Notes: generated by a model not told the origin, from the sequence alone. 64,000 nt of DNA from a virus (IMGVR_UViG_3300035184_001394:1-64000); one strand, 5' to 3'; counted from the stretch's first letter, positions 1 to 8,132 are shown. Program-made: numbers and translations.

Positions 1-728
1 ATCATGTTTGCATCAATACGTTCAGCAATACGTTCTTCAGCCATTTCCATTGTAATATACAGTACGTCCTTTCCGTACATCAGATGGTTTGCAGCCATAT
101 GACATTTAATTAACGACTTACCGCCACCAGTAGTTGCTAGTAATACTGTCATTGACTTGCGAGGTAGACCACCTTTGGTAATTGTATTAAGCAAGTCAAT
201 ATCAAAGGGAACTCGTTCTTCTTTCTTATGATAGAAATCGTATCGACCTTCGTATTCTTCTAGATAATCATGACCAACGCTCGAGTCAAAACTGATACCT
301 AGTGAGTCTTGTAAAAGTTTTGGTATTGAACCCTTACCTTCTTCAGTACCATCTTTAGAGCCTTCATCATCAGCATCTAGGATATTAATTGCTTTACGAA
401 TAGAGTTATAAAGATCTTTATTCTGGCAAAACTTTTCAGTTTCATCGAATAGAAATTGAGTATTTGTATCTTTATCAACTTTCAATTCACTGATAGAACT
501 CATTATTTCAGAATAAGATGTTTCGTTTAAGTCTTTACGATTATCAATCGAGATTCGCAGAGCCTCCAATGAAGGAGGCGCCTTATATTGTTCAACATAA
601 TCGCGATAAGAATCAAAGATTTTACGGTGTGTGTTATCATCAAAATATTCGTCTTTAATAAAAGGATATACTTTTGCGTAGTATTCGTTATTATAGACTA
701 AATTAGATAGTATCGTTGTTTCCATCAT
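1..728 (-). CDS. 41: gp41 DNA primase-helicase (DnaB-like), N-terminal 242 aa; 3' end lies beyond the window start
   Basis: Reverse-complement translation from ATG at 728/725 gives MMETTILSNLVYNNEYYAKVYPFIKDEYF...GGGKSL...LYITMEMAEE...RIDANM, collinear with T4 gp41 N-terminus and the Walker A/helicase motifs. Overlaps the uvsX-C stop by about 26 nt. Confidence 0.85.
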   Translation of the reverse strand, partial: MMETTILSNLVYNNEYYAKVYPFIKDEYFDDNTHRKIFDSYRDYVEQYKAPPSLEALRISIDNRKDLNETSYSEIMSSISELKVDKDTNTQFLFDETEKFCQNKDLYNSIRKAINILDADDEGSKDGTEEGKGSIPKLLQDSLGISFDSSVGHDYLEEYEGRYDFYHKKEERVPFDIDLLNTITKGGLPRKSMTVLLATTGGGKSLIKCHMAANHLMYGKDVLYITMEMAEERIAERIDANM

Positions 729-1245
729 CTTTCATTTTTCCTGGTATAGTCAATTTATATTTACGTTCGATAAAGTTGTTAAATGTTTCGTTTTTAACAA
801 GAGCTTCGAAGAATTTATCATCAGAACCTAAGTCTTTCTGTCTACGCTTAGGTTCAACAAGCTCACCAGTTTCTTGGTCAACAACATTATACCAGCCTTG
901 AGTGGCGCCTTTTGCTATATGTCCAGATTCAATAGCTAAGTCAAACAATGCTGACCACTTTTGAATACCAGAATCATACAATACAGTGAATGGTAGTTTT
1001 GCTTTTTCACGAACAAAACGAGATTTTTCGATATTGATTGTAAATTTAAATCCTGCTAAATCAGTACCATCTTTTTCTTGAGACTTACTAATAATAAAGA
1101 TTTGATTTGCTGAATAATAGATACCAGTATTGTGTGTTACTATACCATTTTTGAGTACATAATGTTGCTCATCATAATTTTCAGTTGCTATTGATAAATC
1201 ATAAACCGGTTTTCTACCAACCTGTTTAACGTTAACTATTTTCAT
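703..1245 (-). CDS. uvsX: UvsX recombinase, C-terminal fragment. 39-aa split-intein C-half (IntC) fused to the 141-aa UvsX C-extein
   Basis: Starts MKIVNVKQVGRKPVYDLSIATENYDEQHYVLKNGIVTHN then TGIYYSANQIFIISKSQEKDGTDLAGFKF... The HN/T junction and VYDL...NGI.xHN match intein blocks F/G. The remainder aligns to T4 UvsX after its GGG|TG site. Own SD (AAGGAAAC) lies in the 53-nt gap upstream. Confidence 0.8.
   Translation of the reverse strand: MKIVNVKQVGRKPVYDLSIATENYDEQHYVLKNGIVTHNTGIYYSANQIFIISKSQEKDGTDLAGFKFTINIEKSRFVREKAKLPFTVLYDSGIQKWSALFDLAIESGHIAKGATQGWYNVVDQETGELVEPKRRQKDLGSDDKFFEALVKNETFNNFIERKYKLTIPGKMKDDGNNDTI
1129..1245 (-). other. IntC, the split-intein C-terminal half within the uvsX-C ORF
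   Basis: 39 aa ending in HN, followed by a Thr +1 extein residue. Close resemblance to DnaE-type IntC (e.g. ...VYDIGV..HNF.LKNGFIASN). Confidence 0.75.
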
Positions 1246-1298
1246 TTTGTTTCCTTATTTCATTAAGATATAGCTTTCTAGCTAGAGCAATTGTATCA

Positions 1299-2204
1299 CT
1301 AAATAACAGTACAATCCATTCCAACAACTAAATCTTTAGCTTCAACCCATTCTTCGTTAACCAAGAATTTATGTTTATCTGAAACAGTTGCTTTAAATCC
1401 ATCTTCAAATTCAACTTCATAACATTCTGGATTGCCATCTTCAAGTGTATCAGGGTTCCAAACATGACTTACAACTTTATCACCGTTTAGAGTAATAACT
1501 TTTTCGCCAACATTGAAGTCTTCAACATTCTTAAGACCATCTGGTGTTTGAATTTCTGTGCCTTCAACTACGCAACCACCAGATACAATATTCTTAGGAA
1601 ACATACCAATTTCTTGATAGATATGATTAACAGCTAAACAAGGAATGTTTCTTGTAGTTAGCTTTGGAGTTATGATGCGAAATAAAGATTTAAGTTGCTT
1701 AGCACGAGTCATATCAGCAGCTGAGTTATCTTTCATAGCATCGTCAACTTCTTTCTTAGAAGCTAAGTTACCGATAGAATCGATCATGATGAATACACGA
1801 TCTTTCTTATCAATCTGGTCTAATCGCTTAACGATATCAAATTTAAGCTGTTCAACATCTTCGATTGGAATATGTAGTACACGTGACGTATCAATATCAA
1901 AACTTTCTAAATAATCTGGTGTAATACCAAATTCTGAATCATACAACAAAGCAACACCATCTTTATATTTTTCAAGATATGCTTTCATACAATACAGTGA
2001 TAGTAGAGTTTTGAAACTTTTTGATGCACCAGCGACAACAGTTAGACCTGGGATTAAACCACCTTTAAGTGAACCACTAAAAGCGATATTCACAATTGGT
2101 AATTCAGTCTGAATTGGTTCTTTTTCGTCAAAGAAAGCAGATTTATTTACAACACCAGCTTGTTTGATTGAACCGGATTTTAACATTTTATCTAAAAGAC
2201 TCAT
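1299..2204 (-). CDS. uvsX: UvsX recombinase, N-terminal fragment. 210-aa RecA-like N-extein fused to a 91-aa split-intein N-half (IntN)
   Basis: MSLLDKMLKSG...GASKSFKT...DSEFGITP...MTRAKQLKSLFRIITP...CLAVNHIYQ...KNIVSGG is collinear with T4 UvsX. It is then followed by CVVEGTEIQT...ATVSDKHKF...DCTVI-stop, which carries intein blocks A/B. Stop codon and a 53-nt intergenic gap precede the IntC ORF. Confidence 0.8.
   Translation of the reverse strand: MSLLDKMLKSGSIKQAGVVNKSAFFDEKEPIQTELPIVNIAFSGSLKGGLIPGLTVVAGASKSFKTLLSLYCMKAYLEKYKDGVALLYDSEFGITPDYLESFDIDTSRVLHIPIEDVEQLKFDIVKRLDQIDKKDRVFIMIDSIGNLASKKEVDDAMKDNSAADMTRAKQLKSLFRIITPKLTTRNIPCLAVNHIYQEIGMFPKNIVSGGCVVEGTEIQTPDGLKNVEDFNVGEKVITLNGDKVVSHVWNPDTLEDGNPECYEVEFEDGFKATVSDKHKFLVNEEWVEAKDLVVGMDCTVI
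1302..1574 (-). other. IntN, the split-intein N-terminal half at the 3' end of the uvsX-N ORF
   Basis: Begins with Cys1 (CVVEGTEI). Block B-like T..H (ATVSDKHKF). 91 aa is typical of DnaE-type IntN. The ORF terminates immediately after it. Confidence 0.75.
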
Positions 2205-2483
2205 TTACAAATTATCTCCATTGTGTATTTTTTGTAACCTTTCTACAAAGGCATCAAGTTTTTCAGTGCGATTAGGCCAGAATATATAATCTTTTTCTGG
2301 ATTCGCTTTGAGATTTTTGATTAGTGGCATTATTGCTGCATAGAGCAATTCTGCTTTATTGTCGACAGTTTCTAGTTGAGCAGTGAGTTGTTCAGATTGC
2401 TTATTTGCAATCTGAACAACTTCCAATTCATCTTCGGAAACAGCATAAAAACCAAAATCTAATATTTCTTCAACGTTTTTCAT
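2205..2483 (-). CDS. hypothetical protein (92 aa) between gene 32 and uvsX
   Basis: Complete ORF in operon orientation, tightly packed (stop/start adjacent to uvsX-N). No recognisable motif. Confidence 0.5.
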   Translation of the reverse strand: MKNVEEILDFGFYAVSEDELEVVQIANKQSEQLTAQLETVDNKAELLYAAIMPLIKNLKANPEKDYIFWPNRTEKLDAFVERLQKIHNGDNL

Positions 2484-2498
2484 TACTGTTTCCTATTA

Positions 2499-3419
2499 TT
2501 AACCGCGAGCTAGATCCTTGAAGATTGCCAAGTCGTCGTCGTCGTCAGAGTTCATTTCACCAGCTGATTTAGATTCTTCAATTGGAGCTGAATCGGCAAT
2601 ACCGCTTAAATCTAATTCATCGCTTCCGCCAACAGGTTCTTGTTCTGCAGTTTTACCGAAGTCTTTATTATCGGCTTCGTCAAGTGCAAGTACACGGAAC
2701 AATTTAGTCTTTAACTCAGCATAAGATTTAAACTTATTAGGGTCTAACAATGACTGAAGTGAATGTTGAGTTTTCCACAATTTTTCCATTTCATCATCAT
2801 CGTCGAAAACAGAAGTAGGATCGTCAAACTCAGACTTATCATAATTAGGGTAACCTTCAACTAAACGAATTTTTAGTCGGAAGTTAGCACCTTCCCAAAA
2901 ATCAAAAGGATTTACTGGTGATTCATCTTCAAAAGATGGGTTCATCAAATCATTCAGTTTATCAAAGATTTTTTTACCATACTGATAAAGAAATACTTTG
3001 CCCTCATTTTCTGGGTTAGCTGGATCTTTAACAACTAATACGTTTGAAATATACTTAAGACGTCGTTTCTGTTTACGAGCAAGTTCTTTGTCAGAATCAA
3101 TACCAGAATTCCACAGCTTAGAGTTATATTCTGATACTGGGTCGTCGACGTTTAAAGTTGTAAGAGAACTTTCGATGTACCATAAACCAGTTGGTCCTTG
3201 GAATCCATGGTCAAACGTGCGAACAAATGGTAGTTCTTCACCTTCAACAGCAGGTAAGAAACGGATAATTGAAAAACCGTTACCAACTTTATCGCGAGTT
3301 GGTTTCCAATACTTATCAGCATCTGGATCAGCATATGACTTTTTAGTGATTTTTTCAAGCTGAGAGTTAAGCTTGTCGAGGGATTTTGTACGGTTCTTTT
3401 TTAGTGATGCAAATGACAT
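2499..3419 (-). CDS. 32: gp32 single-stranded DNA-binding protein
   Basis: GNGFSIIRFLP, WYIESS, LVVKDPANPENEGKVF.YQYGKKI.DKL, WEGANF.LK and an acidic C-terminal tail (SDDDDD) match T4 gp32. Confidence 0.9.
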   Translation of the reverse strand: MSFASLKKNRTKSLDKLNSQLEKITKKSYADPDADKYWKPTRDKVGNGFSIIRFLPAVEGEELPFVRTFDHGFQGPTGLWYIESSLTTLNVDDPVSEYNSKLWNSGIDSDKELARKQKRRLKYISNVLVVKDPANPENEGKVFLYQYGKKIFDKLNDLMNPSFEDESPVNPFDFWEGANFRLKIRLVEGYPNYDKSEFDDPTSVFDDDDEMEKLWKTQHSLQSLLDPNKFKSYAELKTKLFRVLALDEADNKDFGKTAEQEPVGGSDELDLSGIADSAPIEESKSAGEMNSDDDDDLAIFKDLARG

Positions 3420-3505
3420 ATTTAATATTCTCCTGAATATATGGCGTTTTATAGTTTAGTATAGCAATTTTTAATATAGCTTAGTATGCGTTGTTACCAA
3501 CGATA

Positions 3506-3513
3506 TATTTATA
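3506..3513 (-). promoter_or_regulatory. T4-type late promoter (TATAAATA on minus strand) upstream of gene 32
   Basis: Forward tatttata at 3506-3513, i.e. TATAAATA on the coding strand about 87 nt upstream of the gene 32 ATG. T4 gene 32 is also served by a late promoter. Confidence 0.4.
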
Positions 3514-3541
3514 ACAAGCTAGTTGTAAATTACAAATTTTT

Positions 3542-4150
3542 TTAAAAAAATTTATCTTTGACGATTTGTTTGAATCGTTGTTCATCGTATCGCAAGAAGG
3601 GTTTATACTTCTTGGATTTTATTATTATATCATAAAATATAATTTTGTCAACTACTTTTTCACTCCAATATGAATATATATTAGACATATGAGCTAACAT
3701 CGTAAATGTTTCAAGTGTTATCTTCTTTTGAAGCAATAATTTACCAATATGTGGATGTTGACCATTGTGTGATATAAAGTTAGATTGATAGTCATCTTTC
3801 AAATTACTCAAATCTGATTTGAAAACATGACCTAACGAATCTATCTTCTTTTTCCATTCAACATATATATTATAACCAGAATCATCCATAAGATCTCTTA
3901 TCCAAGCGTCTGGATTAACAACCATGTTAGCTAGTATCATATTCTCATAATCAGGTTTATTTGCAAGTTTTGCAAAAAAGTATGCGTCATTGCGAGTTCT
4001 AAAAGTTTCAAAGTTTGCTTTGACTTTGCCATTATATTTGTGAAAGTCGTAGCTTTTTGTAGTGAAATGTCTTTTATACGCAAGATATTTCACATAACTA
4101 TTGAAAGCAGTTTGGTTAATTAAATTCTGTGATGTCGATATCATCGTCAT
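3542..4150 (-). CDS. 59: gp59 helicase-loading protein
   Basis: RNDAYFFAKLANK and NPDAWIRDL match T4 gp59 (RDKYFFQKLSEK, NQDAWIGDI). Position 59 then 32 as in T4. Confidence 0.8.
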   Translation of the reverse strand: MTMISTSQNLINQTAFNSYVKYLAYKRHFTTKSYDFHKYNGKVKANFETFRTRNDAYFFAKLANKPDYENMILANMVVNPDAWIRDLMDDSGYNIYVEWKKKIDSLGHVFKSDLSNLKDDYQSNFISHNGQHPHIGKLLLQKKITLETFTMLAHMSNIYSYWSEKVVDKIIFYDIIIKSKKYKPFLRYDEQRFKQIVKDKFF

Positions 4151-4352
4151 ATACCATCCTAAGATTTATAGCTTCACTTTTAACTTTTTCGCGCAACACA
4201 GCAGATTTTTTAACTACACTAGCAACAACTTCAATTTCGATGTTGTTCTTTTCCGAATATTCAACAAGAGCTTCGATGTAAGGAATTCCACTTGCTATCA
4301 TATGGGATATTTCATGATGTATTTTTTCTGGTGTTAATGCGATTACAGTCAT
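4116..4352 (-). CDS. 33: gp33-like late transcription co-activator (78 aa, acidic C-terminus)
   Basis: Small protein directly upstream of 59-32 (T4 order 33-59-32). Acidic C-terminal tail. Sigma70-like promoter at 4400-4428. Identity rests on synteny and composition only. Confidence 0.45.
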   Translation of the reverse strand: MTVIALTPEKIHHEISHMIASGIPYIEALVEYSEKNNIEIEVVASVVKKSAVLREKVKSEAINLRMVYDDDIDITEFN

Positions 4353-4399
4353 AATATCTCCTTAGTTGTTCAAATAAGCTTTTTCCTATTTGATGTGCT

Positions 4400-4428
4400 A
4401 TTATAACACAGTTATAAATAAATGTCAA
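4400..4428 (-). promoter_or_regulatory. early sigma70-like promoter (minus strand) for the 33-59-32 transcription unit
   Basis: rc reads TTGACA, 17 nt, TATAAT. Confidence 0.5.
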
Positions 4429-4436
4429 CGTTTTAT

Positions 4437-5114
4437 TTAAATTTCTTCAAATAAAACGTTATTAATATATCTATCTTTAGCTTGTTCTGATATGCCCATA
4501 GCAAGTATAGATCTATGCAGGTGCTTATTCATCTTCTGATTTTCACAATATTTGTTAAGTTGAGTTTTAGTTGGTAAGGTAGTAATCATTTTAATATCAT
4601 TGCAAGAAGCCAAATAAGCCTTAATAAGGTTAGTAGATAAACAAATCAACTGTTCTAACTCATCACCATAAGTGATAGAACCAGCAGCAACCATGTTGTC
4701 TGAGAATATTTCAGTAGCCCATTCAGGTAAATCTCTTGGTTTATTCCATTTAATATCCTTAACAGACGCTTTAAACAGTTCGCATAATGGATGAACTTGA
4801 TCTTTTATAACAGGAGAAAAGTCAAAAAACGAACCACTTATTTTAGTTTTAGATGCAACTATATCAAAACCAAGAATAGGTAAGTTAACATTTTCTCTTG
4901 GAAATATATTGATATGTAGCAACCACATTCTACCATCGTTAATCGTTTTCAAATGACACTTTCTAATGTTATCACTACACCAGAAAGAATCAGTCCACCC
5001 ATCGAATTGCTGATCATGTTTTTCGTTTATAAACGGTTTTAAATGATTATTAAACGTTTCGCTAAGACTTGATGCAAATGTATCAAGTTTATCCCAGAGT
5101 GGATTGATATCCAT
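4437..5114 (-). CDS. ferredoxin-dependent bilin reductase (PebS/PcyA/PcyX family)
   Basis: WLLHINIFPRENVNLPILGFDIVASKTKISGSFFDFSPV matches the FDBR core (hhh.FP....d.P.fG.D.v.....i...hhD.sP). Start overlaps the heme oxygenase stop (ATGA). Confidence 0.7.
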   Translation of the reverse strand: MDINPLWDKLDTFASSLSETFNNHLKPFINEKHDQQFDGWTDSFWCSDNIRKCHLKTINDGRMWLLHINIFPRENVNLPILGFDIVASKTKISGSFFDFSPVIKDQVHPLCELFKASVKDIKWNKPRDLPEWATEIFSDNMVAAGSITYGDELEQLICLSTNLIKAYLASCNDIKMITTLPTKTQLNKYCENQKMNKHLHRSILAMGISEQAKDRYINNVLFEEI

Positions 5115-5689
5115 TATAGATCATCAACTTCAAAATCTTCACCTTCAAAATTATCAACTAATTCTAAAAATAATAGCTCTGCAAACTTAAAACAGACAAT
5201 AGCTTCTGGGGCCATATCATTATTTAACATACTACGAAGATCTGTGATCAACTGTTTGCGACCAGTAAACTCATACATTGTACCAGAACCAGGGACTCTC
5301 TTTTTGATTATTTGACCACCATGTAAATCACCAAAATGCCGAACGTACAGATGAGCTAATAGCTTATCATGTTCTCCTTTTGCGCTAAGCTCGGTTATAT
5401 GACTAATATATGAACTAACTGATTCGAGGTTTTCGGTTATTTCTTCAAGTCCATACTCATCTTCAAGTCCATGCATATCTTGCATTATATGAGAAGCTCG
5501 AAAAACAGTTTTAAGTTTTGACGGAATTGTCACTAACGACTCAAGTGCTTCATAAATCTCATACTGGGCCGAGAGATACTGGTAATATAGTAGTGGATTT
5601 ATTCTTCCGCCTAATAATATTTCAGCAAAATCTGAGCCTTCTATATTATTATGATTCTCTTTGGTCAGTTCTCTTAAGTTTAGTGTCAT
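5114..5689 (-). CDS. ho1: heme oxygenase
   Basis: AHLYVRHFGDLHGGQII is the HO signature (cf. YVRYLGDLSGGQ). Translationally coupled to the downstream bilin reductase. Confidence 0.8.
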   Translation of the reverse strand: MTLNLRELTKENHNNIEGSDFAEILLGGRINPLLYYQYLSAQYEIYEALESLVTIPSKLKTVFRASHIMQDMHGLEDEYGLEEITENLESVSSYISHITELSAKGEHDKLLAHLYVRHFGDLHGGQIIKKRVPGSGTMYEFTGRKQLITDLRSMLNNDMAPEAIVCFKFAELLFLELVDNFEGEDFEVDDL

Positions 5690-5784
5690 TGTTATTTCTA
5701 TTCCTATTTACAGTTGTATTTCATTGATAATAATCGCCATTTTTCTTTGCTTCACGTTTCCGATCAATCATAACTATAGATTTG

Positions 5785-6036
5785 TTAAACGTCCTCGCAT
5801 GCTTTGCGACTAAGTTTCTTGAGTTTGGTTTCTTTTGTTTTGTTGTATTCATCTTTAACACCTAATATAAAAAATATAACGTAAAAACACGATGGAATTG
5901 ATAAGATAACTTGTAATAATCCAGCTGCAGTATCAGTAGTTCGAACATAAGACGCTACTGATATTATTACAATTGCAACAATAAAAATTGAAAATCTAGT
6001 AACGTTAATGAATTTTGTTTTTCTTTCTGCAATCAT
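5785..6036 (-). CDS. small membrane protein (83 aa, two TM segments)
   Basis: Hydrophobic ORF downstream of early promoter 6069-6096. Confidence 0.5.
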   Translation of the reverse strand: MIAERKTKFINVTRFSIFIVAIVIISVASYVRTTDTAAGLLQVILSIPSCFYVIFFILGVKDEYNKTKETKLKKLSRKACEDV

Positions 6037-6068
6037 CTAAACTTTTCACTTTTATTATTAATATGTTA

Positions 6069-6096
6069 TTATAACACAACAAAAAGAAAATGTCAA
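6069..6096 (-). promoter_or_regulatory. early sigma70-like promoter (minus strand)
   Basis: rc TTGACA then 16-17 nt then TATAAT. Confidence 0.5.
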
Positions 6097-6105
6097 CATT
6101 TATTT

Positions 6106-6285
6106 TTAGTAACCGCCACTCTTAAACCAACCCTTACCTTTCAATTGAAATCCGCCAGTAGAGGTGATAATCTTTTTCAAATCTCCAGCGCATTCTTCAC
6201 AGTTAGTCAATGCGTCATCTGACATACGCTGAACTGTGTCAATAACTTTTTTACATTTAATACATTCATATGTATATGTAGGCAA
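6106..6285 (-). CDS. FmdB-family zinc-ribbon protein (59 aa, TTG start)
   Basis: rc translation (M/L)PTYTYECIKCKKVIDTVQRMSDDALTNCEECAGDLKKIITSTGGFQLKGKGWFKSGGY. CxxC...CxxC. GGAGG sits 7 nt upstream of TTG. Not in the ORF track (under 60 aa). Confidence 0.45.
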   Translation of the reverse strand: MPTYTYECIKCKKVIDTVQRMSDDALTNCEECAGDLKKIITSTGGFQLKGKGWFKSGGY

Positions 6286-6297
6286 ATGTCATCCTCC

Positions 6298-6552
6298 TTA
6301 GTAGATTGCTCGGATAAATTCATCGCTAACTAAGATGCACTTAACACCCTCTACTGTAACAGGTAATCCCTTAGCCCAATCAAGAGCAACTTTATTACCC
6401 TGTTCAATATCCTCAACCAATGAGCCAACTTCCAAGACTAACCCTGGTAATGCACCTGTTGTAACTCGCTGTGTTAAGATTATGCCACTTTCTGTCAACT
6501 TATCGTTTGTTTTTATTTCGGTTACTAGTACAAAATTCTTTAATGGTTTCAT
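6298..6552 (-). CDS. groES: GroES/cpn10-like co-chaperonin
   Basis: MKPLKNFVLVTEIK...SGIIL...VLEVGS...V.VGD.IL... shows GroES architecture and length (84 aa). Confidence 0.75.
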   Translation of the reverse strand: MKPLKNFVLVTEIKTNDKLTESGIILTQRVTTGALPGLVLEVGSLVEDIEQGNKVALDWAKGLPVTVEGVKCILVSDEFIRAIY

Positions 6553-6577
6553 TATAATTTCTCTTTATTGTTGTTGT

Positions 6578-7189
6578 TTAATCAACTTTGGCTTTTTTCT
6601 TAGCTTCGCGTTTTTCTAATTTGCACGAACGTTTCTCTAGGCGCAGTAAAACTTCTTTACCATCCATCCACAAATCTTTATTATTAAGCATATCTTTGAT
6701 TTCTCTTTTTGTTAAAAAACCGCAGTAAACATCTCTTAATAATTTAGCTGACCAACAGCGTTCATGAATTATTTGACTATACATTTCTCCACCTTTACCA
6801 GAGGTTTTTCCAGCATAGTTGTGGAACATAAACATTGTATGACTAGATAATTCGAATACATCAGCACTCAAGAATATCATTGTTGCCGCTGACATACAAG
6901 CGCCTTCAACTGAAGCAATTACAGTAGCCCGACACTCGCGCAAAACTCGCATCATCTGTATAGCAGCAAGTAGATCACCACCACACGAGTTAATATGTAT
7001 ATGTACTGTATCAGCTTCACTGCAGTTTCTAATTATATTAAACCATTCGACGTAATATTCTGGAGTTTCTACTGGTCCTGATAAGTAAAAATCATGAACA
7101 ACATCAGTTGATCTGGAAGTAAAGAAATCCTTAGATTTGCTTGGCTGCAGTAAATCTAAGAAGTTATTATCAAATTTATTTTTTTTCAT
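6578..7189 (-). CDS. ClpP-like serine protease subunit
   Basis: INSCGGDLLAAIQMMRVL..ATVIASVEGACMSAATMIFLSA...MFMFHNYAG matches the ClpP G-G/S-M-A/H-Q-P regions. Confidence 0.65.
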   Translation of the reverse strand: MKKNKFDNNFLDLLQPSKSKDFFTSRSTDVVHDFYLSGPVETPEYYVEWFNIIRNCSEADTVHIHINSCGGDLLAAIQMMRVLRECRATVIASVEGACMSAATMIFLSADVFELSSHTMFMFHNYAGKTSGKGGEMYSQIIHERCWSAKLLRDVYCGFLTKREIKDMLNNKDLWMDGKEVLLRLEKRSCKLEKREAKKKAKVD

Positions 7190-7206
7190 GTAGTTCCTTG
7201 TATCAA

Positions 7207-7485
7207 TTAAACTTTACGACGACAAGCTTTACCGCGGCCATCTTTAGCGTAAAATTCGTTTTTAGAATTTTCAATTGCTTCGGTTGTTTCGTATAAATCT
7301 TTTATTATTTGCTGGTCAGTTACTTGCTCACCATATTGATATGTAACGATGCCATTTCCTTGAGTCCTAAAAGCACATAGAGCTCTAAGAGAGCATTCTT
7401 TTGCGTAATTAATTGATTCTTGTGCGCTATTAAAATGTTCTTCGTTATTGTTACCGTTGTTTTTTATTACCCATACTTTATACAT
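7207..7485 (-). CDS. hypothetical protein (92 aa)
   Basis: Complete ORF on the operon strand. Confidence 0.5.
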   Translation of the reverse strand: MYKVWVIKNNGNNNEEHFNSAQESINYAKECSLRALCAFRTQGNGIVTYQYGEQVTDQQIIKDLYETTEAIENSKNEFYAKDGRGKACRRKV

Positions 7486-7510
7486 GATATATTCCGTTTA
7501 TTTATGCAAT

Positions 7511-7675
7511 TTAAATGACACTATGTGCTGCTACTGAAGCAAATATCAATAACAGTATAAAACCAACTAAAAAGTACCAAGCAAATTTAAATATAAATAA
7601 GATAATGTTTAAAAATAATTTAACCAATAAGACCATTATTACTATAATTATAAAAAATAATACAAGAACTTCCAT
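7511..7675 (-). CDS. small hydrophobic membrane protein (54 aa)
   Basis: rc ORF MEVLVLFFIIIVIMVLLVKLFLNIILFIFKFAWYFLVGFILLLIFASVAAHSVI with strong SD (AAGGAG) and promoter 7710-7738. Not in ORF track (under 60 aa). Confidence 0.4.
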   Translation of the reverse strand: MEVLVLFFIIIVIMVLLVKLFLNIILFIFKFAWYFLVGFILLLIFASVAAHSVI

Positions 7676-7709
7676 CTAACTATTACTCCTTGATTTAACT
7701 TATGAGACT

Positions 7710-7738
7710 ATTATAACACCACTAAAAGAAAATGTCAA
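7710..7738 (-). promoter_or_regulatory. early sigma70-like promoter (minus strand)
   Basis: rc TTGACA, 17 nt, TATAAT. Confidence 0.5.
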
Positions 7739-7741
7739 CTA

Positions 7742-8083
7742 TTATTTTAACAAAGATTCAAAACCTTGTTCTAAAGCAGCAGCTTCGATAATAGAGTTCA
7801 TTTCTAATTCAACTTCATCATATAAACATGATATATAACCGCTACTGTAGTTGCCATAATTGCGAGAAGGAATTCCGAATATTTTGGCAAATTGTGCTGC
7901 TCTATTACAAAGACCATTGTTATACAGGTCATAGTAACAATTTGATGCTTTGCGAAATTTCTCAAGCTTTTTGTTTTTACTACGTGGGTTATCAACACAA
8001 CCAGTAATTGGTATCAATTCGCAAAGCTCTTTTTGAGCTTTGTCATATTTTCCGTTATTGGCCCAATAAGTATTGTTGTTCAT
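7742..8083 (-). CDS. hypothetical protein (113 aa)
   Basis: ORF preceded by the conserved leader and by promoter 8133-8162. Confidence 0.5.
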   Translation of the reverse strand: MNNNTYWANNGKYDKAQKELCELIPITGCVDNPRSKNKKLEKFRKASNCYYDLYNNGLCNRAAQFAKIFGIPSRNYGNYSSGYISCLYDEVELEMNSIIEAAALEQGFESLLK

Positions 8084-8132
8084 AATTTAATTCCTAATTT
8101 AAGTTTTTTAAAGGTTTATCAATTTATGTAAC

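Noticed and set aside
716-901. Short antisense ORFs in the track lying opposite well-supported genes (e.g. 716-901, 1645-1914, 2518-2724, 2998-3363, 11997-12254, 17002-17247, 24614-24817, 27176-27529, 28011-28376, 34223-34420, 36244-36471, 40767-41265, 42394-42978, 46003-46317, 46603-47112, 57513-57764, 62027-62233)
   Set aside because: All are embedded antisense or out of frame within genes with clear homology and operon context. They have low-complexity composition typical of AT-rich shadow ORFs and no SD.
4437-5114. Assigning the bilin reductase specifically as PebS, PcyA or PcyX
   Set aside because: Family membership is clear, but regiospecificity cannot be decided without an alignment or phylogeny.
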